From Selaginella moellendorffii (Eukaryota; Plantae; Lycopodiophyta), in NCBI RefSeq assembly GCF_000143415.4, contig NW_003314264.1:3523229-3587228 (forward strand): 64,000 nucleotides of DNA. The letters are read 5' to 3'. Numbering within the stretch: position 1 is the first letter of the stretch; the number at the start of each line of letters is the position of its first letter. The position numbers and the translations under genes were made by a program. Under the pieces are notes generated by a model. The model made no database searches, was not told where the DNA came from, and saw only the letters and a list, made by a program, of their open reading frames with translations. Below, one piece after another: positions 10,399 to 22,369 of this stretch.

Positions 10399-13300
10399 TT
10401 AATTGAACTTTGCATAAGTACATAGAGTTCTGCCTTGCAGAAATTCCTCCACTAGATCTTGCGCGTTCGCTAGGTTCTCCTCCGGTTCCCATGTTGCTTC
10501 GCAGTGTGGAAATCCTTTCCACTTCACATGGAACTCTCTCACCTCGCGTCCTTGTCGCTTGCTCTTGCACGCATTGAGGATGGCCTCGACTTCGTATTCC
10601 TCTTCCCCTTGGATAACCTCAGGTAAAGGTCTTACTTGGTCTTTGCGAAGCGGATCCTCAAAGTACGGCTTGAGTAAGTTCACATGGAATACTGGGTGCA
10701 TCTTCCCCATCTCTCGAGGAAGTCGGAGTCGGTAAGCCACTTTACCGATTCGTGCCTCAATCTCGTAAGGCCCCGCGAACCTGCTTAAGGAACTCAAGAT
10801 CAATTCATTTACAGGAATACATGCATTTTTACCTTTGGGTCAACTTTCGGCTGATCCCACTTGGTAGCCTAAGGTTCTTGGTGTTCAGCCACACCTTCTC
10901 CCCAGCTTGGAACTCTACGTCCCGGCGCTTTAGGTTCGCGTACTTGGTTTGCCTTTGTTGAGCCCGTTCCAAGGAATCCCTCACTAGATTCCAAATGTTG
11001 AGTCTTTCCGCCGTGAATGCCTCCACTGCGGGTAACTCTCCATGATACTCGGCCACACCGAGTTCCACAGGACCTTCAATAGCTCGCCCATTGATGACTT
11101 CCCATGGACTCACCCCGATACTCGAATGTGGTGAGTTGTTATAACACATTTCCGCAAGTCCCAAATGACTTACCCAATCGGTCTGGTCTCCCGAGACATA
11201 GCATCGCAAATAATCCTCCAGCTGCCTATTCACCCTTTCCGTTTGTCCGTCTGTCAAGAAGTGTTAGGACCACCAAACTTGACTTAATACCCCATACCTG
11301 TCTGTGGGTGATAGGCTGTGCTGAATTTCAACTTGGTGCGATACTGTTCCAGGAGGGTCCTCCAGAACCTACTAGTGAAGATCTTATCTCGATCTGAGAT
11401 AATCTCCTCTGGCCTTCCCCGCACTCGAACCACTTGTTCGAAGAACAGTTTCGCCACACCTTCCGCATCCACCTCCGTTGTGGTGGGTATGAAATGTGCC
11501 ATCTTCGAAAATCGGTCCACCACCACGAATATCGCATCGAACCCCTCGCTTGGGGGTAGTCCCGTGATGAAGTCCATCGTGAGACATTTCCACGGACGAT
11601 CTGGAATTGGGATGCTTTGCAACAAGCCCCCACTAGCCTTAGTCACGGCTTTGACCTGCTGACATGTTGGACATGTCTTTACATAGTCTTGGACGTCCTT
11701 AGCCATATCTGGCCAATGGTACTTCCTCTTGAGTAAGCCCATCGTCTTGGGCACTCCGCCGTGTCCCGCAAGAGGTTCGTCATGACACTCTTCTAAGGCT
11801 ACCTTCCTTAGTCCACCTTCTGGAACATACACCCTCGTTTGCTTGTAATAAATGAGTCCATTGCGTTCCGCATAGCCCGTTTTCTCTTCCGTTGGCGGCT
11901 CACCTCTCTGGTGAGCTTCCCGTGCCTCCAGATTCCTCAACAACACTTCTTGTGCTAGACCATCGTTCTCATATGCTGTCCGCACATCGTCCCAGAAGGT
12001 TGCTGTTGCGCTGGAGATCGCCAACCTCAAGCTCGCTTTTCGACTTAGCGCATCTGCCACGATGTTGCTCTTCCCAGGCTTGTACAGAATCTCGCAATCA
12101 AACTCGGCCAAGGCATTGGCCCACCGACCTTGTTTCCCTCTCAGGTCGGGTTGTGACAAGAAGTGTTTCGTTGCCACATTGTCCGTGTAAACCTTGAAGT
12201 GTCTCCCAAGGTAGTGTCGCCACTCCTTGAGCGCCTTGACCACCGCAAACAATTCCTTCTCGTGGGCAGGCCACTTCCGTTGAGCCTTGTCCAGCTTCTT
12301 CGAGAAGAACGCTACTGGATGGTTGTCTTGCTTCAAAACTGCGCCTAACGCAAAGTCCGAAGCATCCGTGTCTACCTCAAAGTCCTTACCAAAGTCCGGT
12401 AATGCCAACACCGGAGCCTTCCTCAACTTCCCTTTGAGGTGGACGAATGCCGCCTCGCATTCCGCTGTCCATACCATCTTCCCTTTTCCCGTTTGATCCG
12501 TTAAGGGCAGGGCTACTCTCGAATAGTGTCTGATAAACTTTCGATAGTAGTTGCATAGCCCCAAGAACGCCCTCAACTCATGTACATTCGATGGTCGCTC
12601 CCATTCCTGGATCGCTTGGACCTTCTCCGGGTCCACCTTGAGCCTGTCCTGGCCCACCACATGCCCGAGAAACTTTACCTCTTGCTGAGCAAAGTCACAT
12701 TTGCTCTCTTTAGCATACAGTTTATGTTCCCTTAGTTTCTCAAACACCTTCGCCAAGTGTTCGGCATGCTCCTCTAGCGTCTCGCTATAGATCAGGATGT
12801 CGTCAATATAGACGACCACAAAGTGATCCAGATAGGGTACAAAGACGTGGTTCATCAACGCCGAAAACGTTGCCGGCGCATTGCACAGCCCAAAGGGCAT
12901 CACCAAAAACTCAAAACTCCCATACCTCGTTCGACAGGTTGTCTTCTCGACATCTTCCTCGGCTACCCTGATCTGGTAGTATCCTGACCTTAGGTCAATC
13001 CTCGAGAAGTATTTTGCCTTTCCCAACCTATCAAACAGGTCCTCAATCCTTGGCAACGGGTACTTGTTCTTCTTGGTATACTTGTTGAGCAACCGGTAAT
13101 CTATGCACATGCGCATAGATCCATCTTTCTTTTTCACAAATAATACCGGCGCCCCATACGGCGACTTGCTCAACCTAACATACCCTTTGCCCACCAACTC
13201 CTCTAGTTGGCACTTGAGCTCCTTGAGTTCTTTTTCGTTCAAACGATAGGGGGGACAAACCACCGCCTCAGCGCCCTCGACAAGCTCAATCTTATGTTCT

Positions 13301-15171
13301 ATCGGTCGTGCGGGGGGCAACCCCGCCGGTAGCTCCTCCGGCATGGTATCCTGGAATTGGTCCAACACTCGCTGGATCACTAAAGGCACTTCTTCCGTTC
13401 TTGTTTTTTTGTCACTCTTCACTGAGAGTAAGCACAAAAAGGCTGCCTTAGTTCCTTTAGTGAGTTGTCCTCTCGTGGACACCAGGTTCAAGCATGACTC
13501 TTTGGCCTTGCTTTGCCCTACCTTTAGATCCTGGGCCTCCACCCTAGATCTTCTTCCTTGGGCATTCGCCAATACCACAAGGTTCCTACCTTGTCCATGC
13601 AGGGCTACCACGAACCGATTAAACCAATCCATTCCGAAGATCACGTCAAATCCCGCCATATCCAAGACGGTGAAATCCATGTCCACTTTCCATGTCCCCA
13701 CTTCGACTCTCGCTTGTCGAAGTACCTCATCGGTGCTTTGGCTACCCTGAACAAACTCTATAGTCCTTGGTTCGCCTAGCCGCTGCACCGTTAGTCCGGC
13801 TTGCCGGACTATGTCTGCAGCCACAAAATTATCCGAAGCACCCGTGTCAATAAGGATCTTAACAAAGCTACCTCCGAGCTTCCCTCGGAGGGCTAGTAGA
13901 TGTCGCGAACGACTCTCTACCAAAGTTGCTCGTGTAATGAGTAACTTTGAGTTAGGGACTGGATCACATACTTCAGTTTGGACTTCACCCGACTTGATGG
14001 CCATATTGGCTCTGGCCTTCTTCGGGTAGGGACATTCCCTCGAGAAGTGTCCCGCTTCGCCGCAGTTGTAGCATACGTTGTTTCCCACGCTACTATACGA
14101 CTTGACCTTCTTATCCGTGGGTTTGTCCTTTTTCGCTTGACTCCCCCACGTACTCGCTCGCTGGCCACCGGATTTGCCTTTCCGGAACCCCGAGGACTCA
14201 TTCTTAGAGAAACTCCTTTTGAATTTCCCCTTGCTATACGTTCCCCTTGGTTTGGCCCCTTTGCTAAATGTGGATCCCGACCCCGTCGTGTTCCCCTTTC
14301 GCAGGTTATCGTTGAAATGCACCTTGATGGCCGCATCTAACGCTTCCTTGTAGTTGGTCGGGTTCCACCTCATCACCTCGCCGCGAGCCCAGGTTTGCAA
14401 ACCTGATATGAAGGCATGGAACGCATCCATATCCCCCATGTCCGTGACAAGTATCCTCTTTGCCATGAACCCATTCACATATTCCTGGATGGTTCCTGTC
14501 TGTTTCAGCCTACTCAGTTCATCCCTCAGATGCAGAGTGGCATTCGGAGGAACATATGTTGCGCGGATCCTCGCCTTCATCATGTCCCAAGTGACCACCA
14601 GTCCTTCGTTGGCCTCCGTTGTTCTCCACCAAGACTTGGCATTATCTGCCAAGTATGGTTTTGCACATGGGACCTTCTCCGAGCTTGGTAACCGCAACGC
14701 TCGGAAGTAGTCCTCCATATCGTAAAACCAATCCTCCACCACCTTATAGTCATTCACTCCCTTGAAGACCGGTGGGGGCTTTGGTTTGTACTTGGGAACT
14801 GCCTGAGGGACTGATTCCACTTCGGTCTGTTCGACCTTGTCTGGTTTTGCCTCAGTCCCGGCCGAAAGATCTGCACCTTCTGCGCTGCCAGCATCCGCAG
14901 TCTTTTTCTTTTTCTTCCGCCTCTCATCACGCTTTAGCTTGCGTACGAGAGTTTCCAGCAGGGCATTGGTCTGTGCCAACTGTCCTTCTAGCACGTCCAA
15001 TCGAGCCTTGGACGACCGAACCTCGCCACCGGACTCCTGTTTGGAGGTTTCCTCACTGGAGTCCTCCTCATGCAAGGATTCCTCATCCATAGCCTCTTGT
15101 TCGACCGGAGGCTCCAGCTCTGGCGGAGGTTCCGTCTCCGCCTGGGTTCGCTTACGCCCTGCCCTTGCCAT
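10399..15171 (-). CDS. Gag-Pol polyprotein, copy 2; exons 15171-11298, 11250-10833, 10780-10399
   Basis: Same domains and the same two introns as copy 1, offset by 6384 bp, with only a few substitutions. Confidence 0.9.
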
Positions 15172-15230
15172 CTCCCAGCAATCCGCCTCTATCCTTCGCT
15201 AGAACTGAGGAAAAGGCTCCGATACCAAAT

Positions 15231-16378
15231 TGTAAGCCACAAATTTTTCCTTTCCAATTTGCCAGCTTACCTCGTCTATCCGTCCAACACTACCTTGGCT
15301 TTTGCTAAGTTCCCTTGCCAAGGTTCTCGCCTATGGTACCAGCTCCTACTTGGTTTCAGCTACTCACTGCACGAGCAACGGAGTGTTAGCCATCCTTCCA
15401 CGGATTCCCAAATCACTCCCAATCCCCCTCCCCGGGTTAGACTGGACTTAAGGTTCGGCTACACTCCCCGCAAGCACAAGCAGCCAAGCACACCAAGCTT
15501 CCAGGTTCCTAACATCCCTTGGTACCACAAGACTTGATCATGGGACCCTCTAAATCCCAAGTCTTGAGTGCAACACTTGCTTCGGGACGCCGGGGCGAAA
15601 CACCGTGGCCTAACGGCCCGGTATGGGTACCTCTCGCCCCCCACTTCCATCCCGAAGGAAGGCCCAAGCCCCTAGGAAGGGCAAGGACCAATGAGCCGCA
15701 TGGTACTCAAGTGGGGCACCACTCCACCTGAGCCGGGAGCACCGCAATCGGTTTCTCTTTCGGGAGTGGGAGCTGCTCTTGAGCACTTCTTTGGATGGCC
15801 CCTCCGGCACCAGCCAAGTCCATGCTCATTCCCACCCAAGGCCCCTTAGTCCCAGTCCCAACCTCAAGTCGGTTTGGAAGCCCAACTGGAGAGTCCCTTC
15901 AAAACTGGTTCCTGGACCTCACTATCCCTACTATACTTTTGGAACCCCCTGCAGCCCCCCCCCCCTGGGGGACGCACGCTTTGGGCTTTCACCCCTTGAC
16001 CCGTATTAGTATTTGGACTTAGTCTCTGGCTCGATCTCGGATCCGATTTCGGATCCGACTTCGGATTCGGTCTCGGACTCGATCGCGGACTCAATCTCGG
16101 ACCCGATCTCGGGCCCGACCTCGGACTCGACTTCGGACTCGGTATCGGACCTGATTTCGGATCTCGGACTCCGTCTCGAACTCGGTCTCGAACTCGGACT
16201 CGAACTCGGTCCCCGAGTCGGTCTTGGACTCGATTCTGGACTCTATCTCGAACTCGGTCCTAGAGTCGGTCTTGGACTCGATCTTTGACTTGGTCCCATC
16301 CGATGAACTCTTTGTCATTTTGGTCATGCTTTCGGGGTTCCCTTAGCCTACGACACCTCGGCGAGTTGGTTCCTTACA
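15231..16378 (-). repeat. LTR-A3 (5' LTR of the dimer)
   Basis: TGTAAG...CTTACA followed by TSD GGCGG. Confidence 0.95.
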
Positions 16379-16383
16379 GGCGG

Positions 16384-19300
16384 GTGATGTGACCAGTCGA
16401 CAGTAGCTACCCCATGACTAGAGATTTCAACATGCACACGAAGTGCCGAAGCCAGTCTGCCTATACTGGCCCAAACTCAAAGATCAATAGATGGACAATA
16501 TCAAAGTCAGAGACAATGATATCTTAGAGACAGTATTATCAGTGATTAAATCTTATATTAGAACACAATAGTATTCCAAGTAAGTTATTATCCGATAAAC
16601 TAGTAGTATAGTACAGAAACCACCAAGATCATCATAATTGGTAAACATAAGATTCACCATCAAACAAAATTCAATAGCAAGTATATCATCAAGTAAACTC
16701 AACGATAAAGTGTAACTATTAAAGATTGCAGATAGAATGCCAAACGACTTACGAAAGATAACTCAAAGAACACAAAGTATCTTGGAGTAACAAGCAAAAT
16801 GCTTGCGAATGTATTACCCAAAGGAAATAACATTCAAATCTATCAAAACTAACTCGAGCAACAATCAACAGAAGAGAATGAATGCGGTAAGACCAACAAA
16901 CACTCATTCCTGCCAACTATCACAAAAGCTAATCCAAATAGATCTCCCAGCCAACAATACCAAGGAACTCAAGTTGCCTAAGCAAGTGTCAGCAACATCC
17001 TACTGATGTCTCAAACCCAAAAGACCAATCCAGAGAAAATCACAAAGAACATGTGATATTACGAAAAGTCACAAGCCATCAAAGAGAACAACTAACCACT
17101 ATAAAAGATCATCAATCATCCTATCAATAGAGAAATGCATAATCATCATCGAAGAAAGAATCTACTATCCCGAAGAACAGCAAATCATTCTATACCAACA
17201 ATAATCAAGCAAAACCCTTGACAAGGATAATCAACTATCTTAGATGATAGTCAATCATCACCAATGATTGCTAGATGCAAAGACTAACGTCAACATCGAA
17301 GCTAAAGAGCCAAAATGCCTTTCCCTAACAACTCCTAACAAATGGAACAATGAGCATGAAAACTCAAATAACCAAAAGTTTGAAGAAGTTTATAGCCAAG
17401 TCTTGCCTAATAATGATCACGAGTCTCGCATGGACTAACGTCAATGCTAAAGAAGAAATCATGATACAACCCACAATATCCTCCTCAACACATCCATAAG
17501 CTAAACTTCATAATGCCAAAACTAATGAAGAGCATATCTGCATCAATCCAAAAGCTAAACATAACGAAGCTATGCTCAACAAGTGATCACCAAATGATCC
17601 TCCATGAATCCATCTATAGCAAGACGTAACTCACATCATAACAAGCATAAGAAGAATCATCAATGATCGATATATTCCAACTCAAATCCAATAAGGATTC
17701 AAATATTCCAATATCAATCACTAACTCTTCATCTTGTAAAGTTAGTGTTATCCACGACTAAATCACTTTTCAAGGAAAAGCTGAAGCTCAACCCCTACTA
17801 AATAACCTCGTTTAGAACACAACTAACTCAAACTTGCCACTCAGTTCATTTGAACGTCAACATAGTTGCGAACTAGCAAATGTACGAATGCCAATAACAC
17901 AAAGCCATAGCCAAATCATCAACACTATCTTCATTAAGACTAATGAAACTCGACATCAATCTTGCGGAGAGACATCTCATTTCACTGAAATCTCAACATC
18001 AACAATGTCAACGACAAGGCATCACCTCAGTGCCACCAACACTAGAACAAAGCTAGAAGAAAGCACGAGTGTATCACCACTCAAAGCTCTCTAGCAACCA
18101 AGCTAACCAAAGTCGGAGATACTTTACTCAGTATCCGAGACCAATCTCTCAACAATACTCAGTCACAGATAACACTTCCTCAAGGAGTGAATCACCACAT
18201 CCAAGACTCAATGAAATTCAACACCACGAACTAAACTCAACCAAATGATATCAACAGAGGTAGAGTCGATATGCCAACATGGAAAACCCATGTAAGTCTA
18301 ACGACACGATCCTCCGCAATACCATCCGGTAAAGCAAGCCCATCACTACTAAATCTTCATCGAGCGAAGCAAGTGTCACAGTCTTTGATGAAGTCTACAA
18401 GCAATCACTAGTCGCCAAGCAACTAACAATCACTTGTCAACTTGCCTTCACAAGACCCGAACACTAAACTTGCGTCATCGAGTTATATACTTGGCCAACA
18501 TGAACGTAATACCCCAGACACGAGATAAAGGTTCATGGACAAGCACGAACTAAATGACTACTCGAATCCAACTCAACCGTGATAAGCTCACCAATGCATT
18601 TAGTCACTAGCTCTGAGCATGCCTTGAAGAGGCTAGCTACACATGATCAACACTAAGTCAAAACTCAAGTGAAGACCATGAGATGGACTCATGTCGGTAC
18701 ACAATCTCCTTATAGACAAAGCTATAGTACGGGTACCAACATCTCAAACTCAAACAACTAAATTGAACATCACCATCCTTAGCCAAGGCGCAGGGCCACC
18801 AAAACCAAGTCAAGATCAGTGAGAGCTCACTACTCTCATATAGTCTAACGAAATGCAAAGTGCAACCTGCCACCAAGCATAACGCTACAGAAGAAAGGCA
18901 CAACGGTCACCCTTCTTAGAAAAGCGCAACGGCCACTTTTCGACACCAACTCCAGACTCTATCCAACTCAATTGCCTTAGCCCCAAAAGCTAGCATCCCT
19001 TTCGGGCTGCATCATACAAACTACCTACTAAGATCTAAGCCAACTAAAGTCAACTCCAACCCCTTCACTAGTTTGTATTGGCTTACGAAAACAGAATGGT
19101 TTTCGGACAAAGTGATAACAGATTAGCCATTGGAAAAGTCTAAGAAAATTTGTGGAAAATTTTCCAATCCTAAAGAAAGAATGACTCCCGGTCTAGGAAT
19201 ACAAACTTCCAAGACTCAACCAACTTCCTCCTACTAACAACTTCACATAGGTTCACCTCAACACCAATTCCCATGCCCCATAGTATGCTTAAGCCTTGAA

Positions 19301-20927
19301 CATCTTTTTGCCCATATATCCGATATCCAACATCGATATCCGTAAAAAAGCAAAATGGAATATCCAAGGCTTGATCACGAAGACCACATCTTCGAATATC
19401 CACATTGCACTAACACTCTTCTTCAACCATCTTCAAGATCCAATGTGAAGCTAAAAACACTAACAAGAAAAATGACATGGAAAATCAAGCTCTAAGGAAA
19501 ATTCCTCATCACTCGAATCAACAATGCCACTTCCACTAACACAAGTGCTAGCGATGTCAATGCCTCAACTACACATCTTCTCCATCCAACAATCTACTCT
19601 AAGTATTAACGGATCAACTGACAAGTCATAGCAAGTGAATGCTATAACCCTTTCCAACACCACAGTGGGCAAACTCTCAAAGGAACAACATACCAACTTA
19701 AGCTTAGCATAATGGACCACTATCGAGAATTCAGTCAAAGCTACTACAATGCTACTTCGTGCAAGTAGACTAGCTTCACCATCAACCACTTTGGGGTTGA
19801 TCATCATTTAACCAAGCAACTTTGTAAACATATTGCTCATTATCACATGGATATGATATAGGTATCACAATGACTTGATCATCAATCAAGCAACAATATG
19901 AGCAATGCCAATGTCATTACTTCAAAGGTCTATGTGAGTATCAAGTGTCAACTCGATTCGACAAAATGCAACATAAATGCCACACTCCACCGATAGAGAT
20001 TTACAGCACCCAACATCACTAACTTTTGTTCACAACATGGACAAACTCATGCCACTCTCTTTCCGACCAAACTCAAAACTAATCCAACACCAAGCTACTC
20101 AAGGAGCAATAGCAAGGTTCCCCAGAAAAGAATTGAGCATTGCAACCCAAGTCTTCCTATAGCAAGCCTAGACAAAATGGTATAGCACTTCACCGCTATC
20201 CATCCCACAACTCACCATTTGTAAGACCATTATTTCCAACATGCATCAAGGTAGGGACTCTTGATTGCATAATGTGAACACGAGCAGTGAGTTAACACCT
20301 CATTGCAAATCATCTTTCCAAGAAGAGAAAATGATTTACGTATTTGATCCTTCGTCCCCGATGACTCTCTTTTTGGTCTCATCTTTGACTAAACCTCAAG
20401 CTTGCATTCGCACTGCCTTTAGTCCAATCCAAGAAAAGTTTATAAGAGAGCACGACAATGATTACTTGAACCAATAGACTAATCCCTATAGTCTTGATTG
20501 ATCCACTTATAATCATGCCTAGGAAGGATCTACTAGTGCCGTGCTAAACAGCTACGGACCAGCCTATTTGCCACTCATAGCAAACTCAGGGAAGGTTTAC
20601 TTTTACCTATGGTACATGGAACAACTCATGGAACCAACGATAGGCTAACATTAACCCTGCCAACTCAAAATGTAACTTTGAGTTGCTAATGTGCCTCACT
20701 CACGAGTCCAAGCGTAAACTCGTGCTAACGGAGCATCTCAAATCCATCCTATGAGCCCAAGAGCAAGCTCACATTATTAGGTATAACAAGGTAACCAAAT
20801 CCATACCCAAGGAACAATTGCGAACCCTTTGCACCAAACGTGTACCCACTCGGATCATCGTTTTCATCTCTGCGTATGCAACAAGACTAGTTGCCCAATC
20901 TCATTGAATAGTACTTGCTGAGACTCA
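16384..20927 (-). pseudogene. Heavily decayed internal region of element B (faint gag/pol-like remnants)
   Basis: No long ORFs. Only faint resemblance to gag/RT, e.g. DPLILRVDCWMEKM near 19600 and FVVLNFIE/LDVVIHS near 18200. Confidence 0.5.
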
Positions 20928-20940
20928 TTCTCTGATACCA
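20928..20940 (-). promoter_or_regulatory. Primer-binding site of element B (initiator tRNA-Met)
   Basis: Minus strand TGGTATCAGAG, 2 bp from the LTR end. Confidence 0.88.
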
Positions 20941-20942
20941 AA

Positions 20943-22081
20943 TGTAGCGCACATGGTTTTGACCCTTTATCCTATGGTGATTTACCATAGGATAACACCA
21001 CGAAGCGGAACCTAAACCCTCTTTGTGCCACGTGACAGATGCCACGTGTCCATGCCACGTGTCCATAGGAACCCGAGGTTCAGGGCCTTGGGCCACTGAA
21101 CGAAGGAACGGTGCCAAACTCCCAAGCATGGAGCCAAGGAGTGACGGAACCGAACCACGGAGCAACTCCCGAGCATAAAGCCCAAGAAGCGAAGGGACAG
21201 GAGCCCGGAGCGACTTGGAACAGTCCTAGAGTAACCAGCATCCCAATGCCAGGACTAGCATGCAAAACGGAGCCAAACGGAGTTTGGCACTATTTCGGCA
21301 TACCGGTGGCCTAACGCAAGGACATGGGTACTCCACCAACTAGCATGGAATGGAACTTGGGCTTAGACCCAAGCCGGATGCAGAACAAGGACAGGCACGC
21401 AAGCGGGAGCTAGACTATGCCTCAGGTTGGTCGGCCATGCCCGACTTACCCACTATCCCTACTATACATTTGGAATCCCCCATAGCCCCCCCCCCCCCCT
21501 TGAGGAACACATGCTTTGGGCTTTCACCCCAAGCCTCCCTTAGTATCAGGAGTTAGTCTCTGGAACAAGCTTGAAACTTACTAAATATAGAATGTCCTTA
21601 GATTGCGAATTTGGACATGGGACGAACACCATTGTGTTCAGGACGATCTCTACATTCCGTAGATATGCCAAATGAGCAAATCTGGACGCTTTCCATAAAT
21701 AGCATTTGGGACCGAAATGAGACCAACACAAAGGGCATGATAGCGAGGGTGTTTGGCAAACACGGTAAGCTATCATTTAGCGATATTGAGGGACCAATCT
21801 CAATATCGCGGGGGTTCCCAACACTAGTAAGTGCAAGTCAACATCATGAGTTTCTCATCACCATGTCAAGTCTGCTTGACTAAATGACAACTTAGGATTT
21901 CCTTCCTTAGTGCCCTTCCGGTCTAAGTGCACATGTGATGGCCAGTTTCTCAACTAGCTTAGGTGGAGACTAATAACGGGTCCAGCAATACCGACCTCCT
22001 ACCATCGTGGCAGTAAGGTAAGAGTGTCCGTAAGGACTAGCCGACAGGTAACTTTCGATACCTGAAGTCACATTCGCGACA
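20943..22081 (-). repeat. Element B 5' LTR (1139 bp)
   Basis: Pairs with 877-2027 and is followed by TSD TTGTC. Confidence 0.92.
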
Positions 22082-22086
22082 TTGTC

Positions 22087-22341
22087 AGACCAGTGCAAGA
22101 CAGAGCAAAAAAGAACTAAGAGCTAGGCTGAATATGCTTAGCTAGAAACACATAGGAGTTCTTACCTTATGTCCATCTAGCTAAGTACAGATGTGAAGCC
22201 CAGTTTACTAACACTTGAACAAGAGGGGCTGATAAAGAAAACTAGCAATACCGACCTTCTGCCGTCGTAACAGTAAAAAAAGAGTGTCCGTAAAGACTGG
22301 CCGATAGGTAACTTTCAATACCCGAAGTCACATTTGCAATA
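22087..22341 (-). mobile_element. Right part of the older host LTR
   Basis: Diverged copy of the LTR-B end (…gaagtcacatttgcaata vs …gaagtcacattcgcaaca). Confidence 0.75.
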
Positions 22342-22369
22342 ATAAAGTCCTTGGGCAAGTGAACCTCAT

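Larger units (their letters stand above)
2463..16378 (-). mobile_element. Element A: tandem dimer (LTR-I-LTR-I-LTR) of a Ty3/gypsy chromovirus
   Basis: Three 1148-bp LTRs at an exact 6384-bp period, two near-identical gag-pol regions, and a single TSD GGCGG (2458-2462 and 16379-16383). Confidence 0.95.
877..22081 (-). mobile_element. Element B: non-autonomous (LARD-like) LTR retrotransposon with decayed internal region, carrying nested element A
   Basis: LTRs at 877-2027 and 20943-22081 (TG..CA). 5-bp TSD TTGTC at 872-876 and 22082-22086. PBS and PPT are on the minus strand. No long ORF lies in the internal parts 2028-2462 and 16384-20942. Confidence 0.9.
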
